Shown: piece by piece, positions 12,786 through 24,607 of the stretch
Layout of the letters: the number at the start of each line of letters is the position of its first letter
Numbering within the stretch: the stretch's first letter is position 1
Source: Pelomyxa schiedti
Taxonomy: Eukaryota > Protista > Evosea
Direction: 5' to 3'
DNA: 45,597 nucleotides
NCBI GenBank assembly: GCA_020536535.1
Contig: JAHLWZ010000431.1
Coordinates: forward strand, 1 to 45,597
The notes under the pieces: model-generated
The model's database searches: none
The model's input: the letters and a program-made list of their open reading frames with translations, nothing else
Told to the model about the DNA's origin: nothing
Translations under genes and position numbers: made by a program

Positions 12786-14138
12786 ATGAACTACCACAAC
12801 GGGTCCATTCCGTTTTATGTTCTTCCGCACCTCTGTCGTTGGGGACATCAGCTGTTCAATTCCCCCAACCAACAATCCACCCCCTCCCTTCCTCCTCATC
12901 AGCACATCAACAACCTTCCTCGCCATCAACAGCACCAACACAGCGACAACAACGAAACACAAGCAACAACCACCACTGCCATCGACTGTGTTATTTCAGC
13001 ACGGGAGCAATTCTTGGCGGTGTGCGTCGGTGCGCTGGTCCCGCGGTGCGGGCGCCGCAGCCCCGCGAGGGCCTGGGCGTCGCCGGCGTCGCTGTGCGAG
13101 TTCGGGAGGGCGTGGGTGGTGTACGTGTCCAGGCAGATCGGCCTCAGCCTCCCGTTATCCGACGACGTCACCCTGAACGTGTGGATGGGCGTGTCCCCGA
13201 CCGAAGGCACCGTGTACTGCGGCGCCCACCAGTGCGCGGCCGCCTCGTCGCCGCCGCCGCCGCCCGCCGAGTTCAGCCACAGCAGCTACATCCGCTGGAT
13301 TATGGGAAGCCTCGGCGGAAACATGCACGCAGGGGTGTGGGACCGCGCGGCGGTCCACATCGACGATGGAGAGGGCAACACTGCGAGTGTGATGTCGTGG
13401 CCTGGGAACATAGTGTCACACTTGAGTGCGTGCAGTTGCAGGTGGCTGGCAGTGGTCCTGGAAAAGGAGGATCGCGGGGCGGCCAACTGGTGCTCGCTTG
13501 AAGTGTGGAGGGTGGTAAATGGGGAGCTGCTTCAGGGTGGTGGTGGAGGTGGTGGAGGTCCTGCGAGAATGCCACTCGGTTTCCTTGATTCGTGGTATGA
13601 AGGGTGTTCCTGTTTGCACGACGACGTGCTGCTTATCAGTGCAACCCAAGAGCCATACCCGGAATGTGAGACCGCTCAAGTTTGGTTTGTTGACCTGAAG
13701 AAAAGTATCCTCCAGAATTCACCAGCAATATCCAGAATAGTGGAGTTTCCTGGTTTTCGTGCCAGAAACATCATTCTGAGTGACCCCATAACTTTCTTGG
13801 TGAGCTTTGGTCCAAACTGCGCGCTGATACTGCCACATGATTACAGTGAAAATGCCATGACCAGCCATCATTCGTCATGGCACCAACTTCCCACTGTTTG
13901 TTGTGTTGGTGACCACCTCATTTGTGTGTTGGATGGGATGTCGGCCACCCGTCAGTACTTCAAACTTCCTGAACTGGACACTCCTGTGTTGACCCTTACT
14001 GCAGATCAAGTCCTTGAATCAGAGCCATTTCACACCTGGCAAGGAATCGTGGCATTGAAATTGGATGCCACGTCACAAATCGCCATTCTTGATGTGACCT
14101 CAAGATCCGTTCTCGCTGTTCTGTCCCTTGGAGTTTGA
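12786..14138 (+). CDS. 'ARDQF'-motif family protein, 450 aa, intronless
   Basis: ISAREQFLAVCVGALVPRCGRRSP..EFGRAWVV..GVSPT..SCRWL..VWFVDLKKS; same subfamily as 23231..24505. Confidence 0.85.
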   Translation: MNYHNGSIPFYVLPHLCRWGHQLFNSPNQQSTPSLPPHQHINNLPRHQQHQHSDNNETQATTTTAIDCVISAREQFLAVCVGALVPRCGRRSPARAWASPASLCEFGRAWVVYVSRQIGLSLPLSDDVTLNVWMGVSPTEGTVYCGAHQCAAASSPPPPPAEFSHSSYIRWIMGSLGGNMHAGVWDRAAVHIDDGEGNTASVMSWPGNIVSHLSACSCRWLAVVLEKEDRGAANWCSLEVWRVVNGELLQGGGGGGGGPARMPLGFLDSWYEGCSCLHDDVLLISATQEPYPECETAQVWFVDLKKSILQNSPAISRIVEFPGFRARNIILSDPITFLVSFGPNCALILPHDYSENAMTSHHSSWHQLPTVCCVGDHLICVLDGMSATRQYFKLPELDTPVLTLTADQVLESEPFHTWQGIVALKLDATSQIAILDVTSRSVLAVLSLGV

Positions 14139-14203
14139 GTTTCGTAATCACTTGTTTTTGGCGACGTTGAAAATAAGAATTCTCCTGCACAAACACTGCG
14201 TAG

Positions 14204-15604
14204 CTACGGAAATTGTTGTTGCTCCCTTGTTGGGACAAAATAGGAGAACCTTGGGGACAGCACAGCACCTTTGTCTGTGGCCAACATGATGATGTTAGTA
14301 CCTGTCGAAGGGTCCGTCACACGGGCAACACAAGATCCAGGGGACTGTATGGTGCCGAAAAGAAAGCCACCTTCAGCAACCAAATTCCCCCAATAGGCGC
14401 TGCAATCAATCACAACAAGTGCGCCAACACGGATGTGGTCGATGTCCCAGATTGAAAACAGTGGTGGTAATTCACTCTGAACACAAAACAGTGACTCACT
14501 CAACTGCGACATGCATTTTACATTGGAAACACCAATCAGGGAGAATGCATCATCACCAGGCGTTATTCCTTCTGCCACTCGGCAAACACTTGATGCCTCA
14601 GGTGACGAGTGAACATGGAGGATGAAAACTCTCTTTCCACTTCCCTTTTCCATCATAACCAGTGCCTCCCTGATCCCATCCTCCTTCTCACACGGAGTAG
14701 TGAGGAATGAGGCTGAGGCCAGCACAGTAAGCCTGGAAGCCCATGTTTTCTCAATTTGAATCACAATCAAATCAATAGAATGGTCAGCCTGAACACTGCA
14801 CATCACACCCTCATCAGGGTCGGTGCGGCTGAAGAAGAACAAACTATGAAGCGCCCTCGGCCCGAGTCTTGGCACAGTACGTGTTGCCACCTCTTTCCCC
14901 ATGTCCTGAATGCCATAAATCATCAGAAAGGCCCCAGAGGCCTCCAGGCACACGAACCACTTTCCGTTTGTCTGGCAGTGCTTCACCTGGATAACGCCAT
15001 CCCGCAACGAAACACCTCTGCCGGTCTCATTGCTCCTCAAATAGTACAAATTCGACTTCTCCTCCTGAGAGAAGAAGCACATTTCCACCACGTTGCAGTG
15101 ATTGACAGACTTGGTGCACCACCGCGGCCTGTCGTCCCACCAACATTTAATGTCCCTCGTCAGTGACCCCAACATTGGTGACACCCCAAACGTGATCACA
15201 TTGTTTGCTGCAGCTTCAGTAGTGATAGTAGTAGTAGTATCTCCACCACAAACACCAAGAGCAACAGAGGCACAGAAGAACCTCATTGACTGGTGGCAGC
15301 AATCCCACACCAGCCTGACGACCATCACGAGGGTGTCGATACCAAGCATTCCCATAATCGACGAGTAGGCCGCGCCACACCGGGGGTGGGTAAAGGCCAA
15401 CAGCGCAACGAACTGGTCACGTGCACGAAGGCGCACAAGTGGAACAACCCGAGGGACGGTGCCCGCACTATAATGGGATTGCTCTTCTTGGTCGTAGTAG
15501 AAGGCGGAGCGTACTTGTTTCTTGCGTGTTTTTTTAGAACGCGCCACGCTATGGTTGCTGTCTATGACATTTTGCTGCTGGCCTGCTCGTTCATCGTCCA
15601 TCAT
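14204..15604 (-). CDS. 'ARDQF'-motif family protein, 466 aa, intronless
   Basis: RLRARDQFVALLAFTHPRCG..FGVSPMLGSLT..TNGKW..FFFSRTDPDE..SQLSESLFCV..AEGGFLF. Confidence 0.85.
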   Translation of the reverse strand: MMDDERAGQQQNVIDSNHSVARSKKTRKKQVRSAFYYDQEEQSHYSAGTVPRVVPLVRLRARDQFVALLAFTHPRCGAAYSSIMGMLGIDTLVMVVRLVWDCCHQSMRFFCASVALGVCGGDTTTTITTEAAANNVITFGVSPMLGSLTRDIKCWWDDRPRWCTKSVNHCNVVEMCFFSQEEKSNLYYLRSNETGRGVSLRDGVIQVKHCQTNGKWFVCLEASGAFLMIYGIQDMGKEVATRTVPRLGPRALHSLFFFSRTDPDEGVMCSVQADHSIDLIVIQIEKTWASRLTVLASASFLTTPCEKEDGIREALVMMEKGSGKRVFILHVHSSPEASSVCRVAEGITPGDDAFSLIGVSNVKCMSQLSESLFCVQSELPPLFSIWDIDHIRVGALVVIDCSAYWGNLVAEGGFLFGTIQSPGSCVARVTDPSTGTNIIMLATDKGAVLSPRFSYFVPTREQQQFP

Positions 15605-15771
15605 CTGATTTTCCTCGAATCAAGGTCACGTGCACAGCAATATATCAGGAATTACCTAAAGGTTTTGGCAGAAGAATGGTAGTTCTACTAACTTCAGATT
15701 GTGGCTCTGAAAACCCTGGTCCGATTCCAGGTGCCTCTCTTTTTGATTTCTGTGAACTATTAATCACTAAG

Positions 15772-17433
15772 ATGCAGGAGGCCCTGGCACGACATGGTTT
15801 GGAGGCACTCACGTCGTTCGGGGCGGGCGACTACGTGTCCGAGCTCCATTGCCTCTTTTTGCTTATGGGTGGTGGCTCACCTGACGAATTCGACATCAAC
15901 ACAATCGGCCTCAACAACAACAACACCTCTGGTTCTTATGCTAACTCACTTCCAGCCTCAAAAAGTGGTCGTTCTGATGCCTCAGACAACGCCACTGTCA
16001 CTAATGCAGCAACAAAGTGCTGTTGTGAGGTGGGAGTGATGGAGGAGGAACCACTGCCAGGAAAGGCACTTGGCCTGGTCCTTCTGAGGTACACCTACAG
16101 CAACAACCCTGAAATGTTCAGTCACCAAAGGCCGCATTCAGAATACATGCTGGATGCGTTGTTGGAGAGAGCAAAGAAGTGCAGTGGTGTGTGTCACAGG
16201 TTCATGAACGAGGTGCTGGACAGGGCATGCGATGTGAAGGTTGTTGATGTGGATGTGGATGGTGGCAAGTCGAGGGCTCTGTTCTGTGCTGGTCACTTCA
16301 TAAAGGGTTCTCTGCTGTTCAGGGGCCTTGGGATCGAGGAGGATTTCAAAGGGTGTGTGGCTCACATGAGGGCATGTGAGCCTTATCAATTTGCTTTGGC
16401 ACTGAACACGATTGGGCTGTGCTATGAAAAAGGGAAAGGTGTGGAAAAAGATGTGGGGAAATCTTTTCAGTTTTACATGATGGCTGCAGTGAAAGGAGTG
16501 CTTATTGCACAGGGAAACGTGGCTATGTGCTTCTGGAATGGGACTGGAGTCGAAATGGACAAAAAAGAGGCTTTTTCGTGGTTCAAACGGAGCAGTGCTC
16601 TCCCAGTTTCATGTTCCAAGCTGTCTCATTGCTACAGAATTGGGGAAGGTGTTGACAAGGACCCCCAGGAGAGCCTGAGGCTTCTGAAGTTTGCTGCAGA
16701 GCAGGGAGTGGCAAACGCGCAGTACAAACTAGCACAACAGACAAGTGACCCAGCTGCAGCTTGGAAGCTGCTGATGTTGGCTGCGGCACAAGGGTATTCC
16801 AATGCACAGTGCGAGGTTGGAAAGGCTCTGCTTAAAGGAAAGGGTGTGGACAAGAATACAGCCGAGGCATCCAGGTACCTAAGAATGGCAGCTGCACAAG
16901 GAAACCACTTTGCATTGGCAAGACTGGCTGCCATGTATCAATACGGTGATGGAGTGCCACTGGATAACTTCGAGGCCTTCAGGCTGTTCAGCCAGTCTGC
17001 AGAGTTGGGCAACCGTGCTGCACAGAGTGAGGTGGGAAGGTGCTACTACACTGGAAGAGGTGTTAATAAGGACTACTCTTTGGCTGTGCACTGGTTCAGA
17101 AAGGGCCTTGCTAATCCAAGGAAGGGAGGCTATGGGATGGCACACAACAGTCTGGCAAGGTGCTTCAGAGACGGACACGGTGTCGCAAGGGACACAGCTG
17201 AGGCATTCAGGCTCTACAGCATGGCGGCTCTGCACGGCAACTTGATCTCTCAGTTCAATGTGGGTGTGTGCCTGGAGAACCACGTTGGCACCCCAGCCAA
17301 GGACACGAGGGAGGCAATGAGGTGGTACCGCCTGGCTGCTTCCAGGGGGAATACTCCCTCTGTTAGAAGATTAGAAAGCATCATAACCAAATCAACTCGA
17401 CGCGCACAGCAACCACAAGACGATACCATGTGA
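15772..17433 (+). CDS. Sel1-like repeat (SLR) protein, intronless
   Basis: About nine repeats of the type ALNTIGLCYEKGKGVEKD..F.FY..AA..G and AQSEVGRCYYTGRGVNKDYSLAVHWF. Start could be 15676. Confidence 0.92.
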   Translation: MQEALARHGLEALTSFGAGDYVSELHCLFLLMGGGSPDEFDINTIGLNNNNTSGSYANSLPASKSGRSDASDNATVTNAATKCCCEVGVMEEEPLPGKALGLVLLRYTYSNNPEMFSHQRPHSEYMLDALLERAKKCSGVCHRFMNEVLDRACDVKVVDVDVDGGKSRALFCAGHFIKGSLLFRGLGIEEDFKGCVAHMRACEPYQFALALNTIGLCYEKGKGVEKDVGKSFQFYMMAAVKGVLIAQGNVAMCFWNGTGVEMDKKEAFSWFKRSSALPVSCSKLSHCYRIGEGVDKDPQESLRLLKFAAEQGVANAQYKLAQQTSDPAAAWKLLMLAAAQGYSNAQCEVGKALLKGKGVDKNTAEASRYLRMAAAQGNHFALARLAAMYQYGDGVPLDNFEAFRLFSQSAELGNRAAQSEVGRCYYTGRGVNKDYSLAVHWFRKGLANPRKGGYGMAHNSLARCFRDGHGVARDTAEAFRLYSMAALHGNLISQFNVGVCLENHVGTPAKDTREAMRWYRLAASRGNTPSVRRLESIITKSTRRAQQPQDDTM

Positions 17434-17560
17434 TATAATGTATCCCTCTTTGGCTGACATGATCAAGGCGGAGACTCACTTTGGCGCATCACCATCTTCT
17501 TCAAGATCAGCTCCACCGAAAATGATTGGTCCGAAAAACTTGGTGATAAAGGACTAAAAT

Positions 17561-19614
17561 TTAGTTATTACATTGGTTTTTAATCCAAGGGAATCTCATG
17601 TCCAAACTGGAGGGCTGGCCAGTGAGCAACACAGCAGTGAAGTTCTCACCGGTCACAACGTCGAGGCAGGACCCAGGCGGCACCCACGGCACAACCCCTG
17701 GAGCTTCCACTGACTTGCACATTCTGACGCCACACTCGAAGCTGGGGCAATATCCCCACGTGAACACGTCCCCCCAGCGCGTCAGCGCAGCATAGTGTTG
17801 TTTCGGCGACGAGTAGTCCGCAGCAGCACACACCTTGCACAGTGATGATGAATCGTTGTGAAGCAGTTGTTCATCTCCGGAAGATGGTGGTGGTGCGGTT
17901 GCCGTTGCTGCGAATGGGGGGTACCTCTTCTCGCTGCCGAGTTTGCTGTGGGTAACCTCCACCACACCGTGTGATGTCAACCACAGGGAGCTGGTGTGGC
18001 CGTCGGCAGCGCGCAGCACTCTCTCGCCGTCGCGGAGGCTGTGGCTGAAGAGGTTCCCGCCTTCGGATAGTTTTTGGGCACCGCCGGACTTCATTATCAG
18101 GGTCGCTGTGCCCCATGCTCCGATTCCCAGGCTCTTAACGCCGGTGGTGACTCGCCGCATGCGGCCCTGCGGTGGATTGAGTGTTGGCGGGAAAAAAGGG
18201 GGAGTTACATCGTTATGTTCTCCTGATTGCCATACAGTGCCATCCTCTGTGAGAACAACAGTATGAAACGATCTCATCTCCAGCTGTTTCACATTGGAAA
18301 ATCTCAGCTGCGTGAAGAAAGGGTATTAATAAAAGCTGAATAAGAGAACAAACAACCTGCATTATTGACAAAGGTTGACGTGCCGAGCAGAATGCCTTTT
18401 TGTTTGAATCAACTAACCCTATCGTCAATAGAAATCAGTATTGTAACTGTTCGGAGTTTGGCTGGATACCAACCAAAAGAGTGATGAGAACACGAAATTT
18501 GTCTCGGAGGCCATTTGAACGTTGATGGAAGGAGGGAGCTGATATCCTTTGGCGCATCCCCTTTGAAATCTTCACACTCATTAAATTTATTAAATTAATT
18601 GTATTATGCTTTATCTCCAAACTCACCTATCTTCAAATCACCCCAAAAGAAAAGTTGTCTTTCTGTTGTCGCAACAACCATGTGATACTGTCCGGCTCCC
18701 ATCATGATTACCTTAATTATTTTCCCCCACCCCAATCCATCCAAGGAGGTTAAAAATAAATGCAACTTGTTACCGCTTGAATACCTTGGTGTTTCCAAGT
18801 GGTGACACAGGAGAAGAGGTGTCCTCCTCTGATGGTTTTCCGAGTCTGAAACTTGAACCTCGTCCAAAAGTGAATAAAAATCTGATTTCCAAAGGGGAGT
18901 TAGGACGATAAATTCGGGAGGAAGGCAATTGTGTGGCAGCACACACCCGGGCATTCTCGGGACCCACACAGGTCTTTCCACCAAATCCCGCAACGCATCC
19001 CTTGGTGTCACTGCCATCACATTCCCATTTTCCCTGCCTCCTTCTTGTTCTCGTTGATGCGATGGGTCACCATCGCCTCGGTTTGTGGCTGTGGTGGCCG
19101 GTGGCAACAGCGAGGGAGCTGCTTCTACCCTGGACCATTCATCATCATCACCATCCTCCTCGCTGTCATCGGCTTCGTCGTGTCCACCACGGGCTGCGGC
19201 TGCCGTACCATCTCCGCCACCACCCCCGTTGTTGTTGTTGATGCTGTTGTTGTTGTTGTTTTGTTGCTCGAGCAACACGGACCAGAGCGACGACGTTGGG
19301 CTCGCGGCGAGGTCGGCCACGCGACGGCACGTGCACAAGAGTGACACGAAGTCGGAGCCAGAGCCTGGCCTGAAAGCAGCTGCGAGAATCGCGATGAGCG
19401 CCGGGTCCGGCAGTGTCGAAAACGACGCCGTTGTTGCTGTAGTTGTTGTTGCTGTGGTAGGCGGTGGTTGTTCTTCAGGCCGTGCGGTAGTGTGCGCCTG
19501 TGTGTCGGCTGGTACAATGGGTGCACCCGACCACAGGCGTGACAGGAGGTCCACGGTGCAACGATAGACGTACGACATTCTACGTTTAAACAAAGTTTCA
19601 CCAGTTGTTCTCAT
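17561..19614 (-). CDS. F-box-like + RCC1-repeat protein, copy A (apparently intact, 7 exons)
   Basis: FSTLPDPALIAILAAAF..FVSLLCTCRRVADLA..SSLWSVL (F-box-like LP..I...L..TCR..W pattern), then RCC1-type blades FTFGRG..RLG, MGAGQYHMVVAT..LFFWG, FHTVVLTEDGTVW, HYAALTRWGDVFTWG, VVTGENFTAVL. Splices cleanly with GT-AG introns. Confidence 0.8.
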
Positions 19615-19890
19615 AAGGCAGCACTAAGTGGCTGAAGAAAATAATCACCAGACGACCGGACGCTGTCATTTTCGTTATCGTCGCTCGGGATCGGCGGTCT
19701 GGTGTTTCTTTATTCCGCCAAGTGCCCTTTCTCCGACGTACCTTTCGGAGCACAATAACAACAATCATCCCCACCACTCAGCCACTGAAATTGCTATTGA
19801 AAATACCAATTTCAATAATATTATTGTTTATGCAGTTTTGTTGAAGTGGCACGTCGTGTGTCCCGTTCATCAATCTGGAGTGTATCACAA

Positions 19891-22800
19891 CTACAACCTC
19901 GTGGAGGAAGCAGAGATGGATGCAATGGTTGGTGAGAGTGACGACAACCACTGTGTGATGCCGACACTGACTTGGTCCTGCATGATCCCATAACCTGATC
20001 CTGATGCCGAGGAGAGGAGGGCAATGGCGGCAGATGTGCAACAACAGTGCAGAACCTGCATGATCACTGTGAATGGCACCCGGTTTATCTCTTTTTGGTA
20101 TTAGTGTTGGGTCGTTGTATTGTGATTTGTGTTGGGTTCACACACCACAAATCGAGAGGCATGACTGAACAATGAGGAGCAGGAGGTCTGGTGCGGTGCC
20201 AAGTGCAATTACTGCAGCCAAATTGGCATTGGGTGGTGCCACCAGTGAGAGAAACAGTGAGTTTGGTGAGTGGACAAGGTTCTTCACTACGTTGATGCAG
20301 GCTGTCCTCCTGCTCAGGCAGTGAGCAACAGTTGATTCTGTGGCCTCATGGCAGAGCCTGTTCACCTCTGCGGTTGTGGTGTAGTTTTGGGGGTGTGAAG
20401 TGATGACTGAACACTAACCTGCAACATCGGGAACCGGAAGTGACTTCTCCTGCTCCATGAGGAACATTGTCTGTTTTGCTGGAGGCAATTTGTGGAAGGA
20501 AGAGTCAACAATTTTCCCACAGATCATTTCAGTGGTCAGAACCCCAAAGCTCCAAACATCTCCTTTGTTTGTTGTGTGGTGGGTAATAAAGGAAATGGAG
20601 AACAAAACAAACCTTTTGATGTGTAATGCTTGGTGAACATCTGAGGGGACATGTAAACCAGTGTTCCTGGTCTATGGGTGCGGGTCTGTTGCACATTTGA
20701 AATAACTTGACTGGTTGTCCCACATGAGACACCTTTTTTGACTTGACATTAGCGTTGAAACACCAGGGAAGAAATGGATGTAATAATACCAAAATCACAG
20801 ATTTTTGGTGTTCCCTCAGCATCCAAAAGGATGTTGTTGCTACTCAGGTCTTGGTGCATATATTTTTGTCTGTGTCACAGCCAGAGGAAAGAGGATTTTT
20901 ATGACATTCATGGTAGAGAGTGAGAGAAAGACCTGTGAAGGGCATCCATTCCTTTGGCAACACCAAGTGCGATGGCTGTGACTTCTTGGAACTTCAACTT
21001 TCTCTGTTTTTCCTTGAAGTTGAAAAATGGGGGGAAAATGTAAAAAAACCCTTGCCTTGGCAAGGAGCTGTCTGAGACTGCAACACATAAGTTCAGACAC
21101 AATAAGAACTTTCCCTGATCCCGTTGTACATGTTCCAATGCACTCAACAATGTTGGGATGCCTCAAACCTCCCACAATCTGTACCGTTTTTTTTTTGTTT
21201 GATTGTTATTTTATTTCAACAAACCTCAGCTTCAAGCCTGAAACGGTCAATGTTGTAGGTTGACAGGATGGCATCGTGAAGTGACTTAACTGCAACATCC
21301 CTTGATGAAAGAAGTGTGCCTTTGAACACAGTGCCATAGCTCCCTGTTCCCAATTGTGACGAAATCTTGAGGTCTCTTTCTTGGATAGGCATCATTGGTG
21401 CGATTCTGACCATCACCTTCATTTGTGGTTCTGGATGTGTGTGAGATCGTCTCTGGGGTGGTTATGAGAAAACCTGAGCGAAGCAGAAGGTGTGACAATG
21501 TTGAAGATGTTCCAGAGAGGGTGATTTCAGTTGTCTCCTCCGAATTTGGGTTGTGTACAACAACAGATACAACTTGGTGGTTTTCAGCAACTCCAAACCG
21601 CTTTTCAATTTCCATTTTCACAATCTTTTCATTGTTTTTTTATTGTTTTGTTAATGTGAGTGAGATAATGTGTTAATGTGTGAAGTTGGAACAAAACCTT
21701 ATCAAAGGGGCACAGACTGCAGAAGGAATCTTGAAATGTGATGTTGGGTTTCTCCAAAGTGACTAAAGCATCCTTCATTGTAGTGTTGTTCTCTCTTTGG
21801 TTTGTCGCTGGTTGGAAAGTGGATTTAACCCAAGACCCCTGTTGAATGTGCTTCAGAACGTGGTCAAGGCCTTGATTGTTGTGTCAGTATCTTTTATGTA
21901 CTCTAATTCAAAAACAGTCAAACTTCTTGCGCACATTCCTCTTGCTTTTTTAACTCCTCAGCTTGAAGTCTCATCACTTTTTTTTGTGGTTTGTTTGGTA
22001 AGAAAACGAATTGGTGCCATCATACATTCTGTTTGTTCATCCAGTTTCTGTTGAATGATGGTTTTTTCTGTTTGCAACCTTCGCAATTCCTCCTGGTGAT
22101 ATACCCATTAAATTACTTTGAAAGAAGAGAAAGAAACCTCCATCAGTGGGTCACCACATCCCATGTGATGGCGGAATCCCCTATTTCCATGTTCTTGGAA
22201 AACACCACTTGTCACAGTGCCTTCGAACTTGGATGTTGTTGATGAACTGTCATGGCTCTTAACTGTGGCAATACCTTGGCCCACATCATCATCTGCAAAT
22301 GTGCCAGTGAATTTGTCACCATTTGGCCACGTCATTGTGCCCGACTTGATTGCACCCATCTCCCAAACACCATCAACCACTGTCCCATCACATGCCTGCA
22401 TCCTTTCTCCTTCACCGTTCTCCTTGCCATACAGCCACTCGCCCTCGTACCTGTCACCGTTTGCCCACAGCCTCACACCCCAACCCTGGAACTTGCCATC
22501 CACCCACTCCCCGGCGTAACTGCTGTTGTCATCAAACAGCATTCTCCCATTCCCACTCTTATTGCCGTGATAAAACATGCCATGATAGATGCCACCCGAG
22601 CCGTAGCCCGTGCCACAGGTCGTTCTCCCACTCTCCCTCATACAGCACTTGCCCGCTGCCCGCTCCTTCCCTTTGCACACCCCACCCATGCATGTCGTGC
22701 CGGTTCTTTTTCTCGTTCCACACCCACTCGCCCTCCCTGACATCGTTGTCGCCGTCGCCGTCGTCCTTGTTGGGGTGCCACGTCCCCCTGGCCCACCTGT

Positions 22801-23104
22801 TGTGCCTCCACAGGCCCTCGTACCACGAGGACCCGTCGGCATCGTTCCACAGGCCCCACCCGTCCCTGTAGTAGTTGTGCCACTCGCCGTCGTAGGCCTC
22901 CCCGTCGGCCTTCTTGAACACGCCTCGGCCGTGCCACTTGTCGTCTTTCCACTCGCCGGCGTAGGTGTCGCCGCTCGGCCACGTGACTGTGCCGCCGCCG
23001 TCGCGGCTGTTGTTTACGAGGCGCCCAGTGTACGTTCCATGGGGAAACTTGCGGCCAACAACCATCGTCGCGGTTGCTCCACGAGGTGTCGCCGTTGCAG
23101 CCAT
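19891..23104 (-). pseudogene. MORN-repeat / coiled-coil / ubiquitin-like / TKL-type protein kinase with one frameshift near 22600
   Basis: MORN repeats (YAGEWKDDKWHGRG, YEGEWLYGKENGEG); kinase motifs LGTGSYGTVFKG, VAVK, HPNIV, HQDLSSNNILL, KICDFG, GTLVYMSPQ, GDVWSFG. MORN repeats are split between ORFs 22559..23539 and 22108..22842 with no plausible intron. Could be a sequence error in an intact gene. Confidence 0.8.
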
Positions 23105-23230
23105 TGTAGTATCTGCCGAGATTCGAGCTGTACCAGAGAGGCAAACCCAAAATGAATTGAGGGGATGTTGTGTGTGCGTTCGTGCGTGGAGGTAGTCTCT
23201 GGGCCCAGACACAAATTCTGAGATAAACCC

Positions 23231-24505
23231 ATGGGCAGTAATCACACCAACGGCACGAACACTCCAACAAGCACAAGACATAATCACGGACTCACCATAA
23301 CCACCCACACCTCCCCGACGGGCCCCCAGCCGCCAGAGGTGGTGAGACAGATATCGGCCGCACGCCAGTGCGTCGCGTTCCTGTGCGGCACACTTGTCGC
23401 AAGGACGAGGGCACGGTCGCCAGGCAGGCTCCTTGCCGTGTCCCCATTGCTGGTCGAGCAGTTTGGCAGGGACTGGGTTGTGCGCGAGTGCAGGGATGCG
23501 GCGTTCACTGTGGATGTGGGCGGCGGGGTCTGTCTGCACTGTATTGTGTGGGTGTCACTTACCCTGGGCGTTGTGGGGTCTGTGCAGTTTGCCACGGCGG
23601 GGCCTGAGAGGTGCCAGCTTGTCGGGTGCGTTGGTTCTTCGAGGGGAACCGGAATGGGTTGGGGTGTGGCACCTGGAGTTGGGCCCAGTGGTTGCTGCTG
23701 CAGGCTGCTGATGACGAGGACACACCGTGACAGCGGTGTGAATTCGGTTGATGTAGTGGATGGAACCCGGCTCGGTGGTGAGAAACTTGTTCCGTGGTTG
23801 TGGACCTTGTGAGCTGCAGGTCAGTTGCAACAGTAGGTGGATTGTTTTGATGGAGGCAAGTGAGATTACATTGTGGAAGCTTTGGTCTGCCCACGAGCAG
23901 GATGGGGCTGACTGTGAGTTGGACACAGAGGAGACCTGCATAAAGATACTGCTAGATACGCATCCCCTCTGTCATACTTTGCATGAGAACGACCCCGATG
24001 TTCTTCTGATGACTGTGGGCAACTCAGAGGTTTTACTGTGGCACATTGACTTGAAGGAGAGCTTTTGCAAGCGAGCAATAGTGTTCAAAAGTGATCACAT
24101 CCCAGTGCCATTTGGTAAAACTGTGCTAGGAGGTGACCCTATCTGTACTGCTCAAAGTGTAGAAGCCGACAAGTTCCACATCCATAACTCCAGAACCCAC
24201 CAAACAACAGCCATTAAAGGTGGATTCTACCCTCTGAGTGGGCACCTGTTCTCAGTCTGGAACTCCACTGAAGATTACAACAAAGTGTTGGTGTTCTGCA
24301 CTGCTGACCTCATCAGCCCTCTGTACTTTGTTGACTGCTCCACAAGAGGAGCTGACAGAGGGTTCTCACCTGTCTTCTACAAGCTGAGTTTGTACTGTGG
24401 GAAGTTGTCCCTCAAGGAACAGTGAAGCACAGGCAGAAGAAGTATGTACTAGCAGATAGTGTGACTGACACAATTTTGGCTATTGTCAACTACCCAAAAG
24501 ATTGA
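23231..24505 (+). pseudogene. 'ARDQF'-motif family member with two frameshifts
   Basis: ISAARQCVAFLCGTLVAR..SP..EQFGRDWVV. Removing one C from acccgg (~23767) joins it to ORF 23760..24425 (CNSRWIV..LWHIDLKES). A third frame gives a family-like end YVLADSVTDTILAIVNYPKD* at 24505. Confidence 0.75.
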
Positions 24506-24607
24506 CACTGGCATGGGTGGTCTGTATGTTGGCACTGTGGAAAAAATAACAGAAGTGGACCACCTGGAGCCACTTTCAAACGTTTACATCTTTTGTTTTC
24601 GCTGAGC

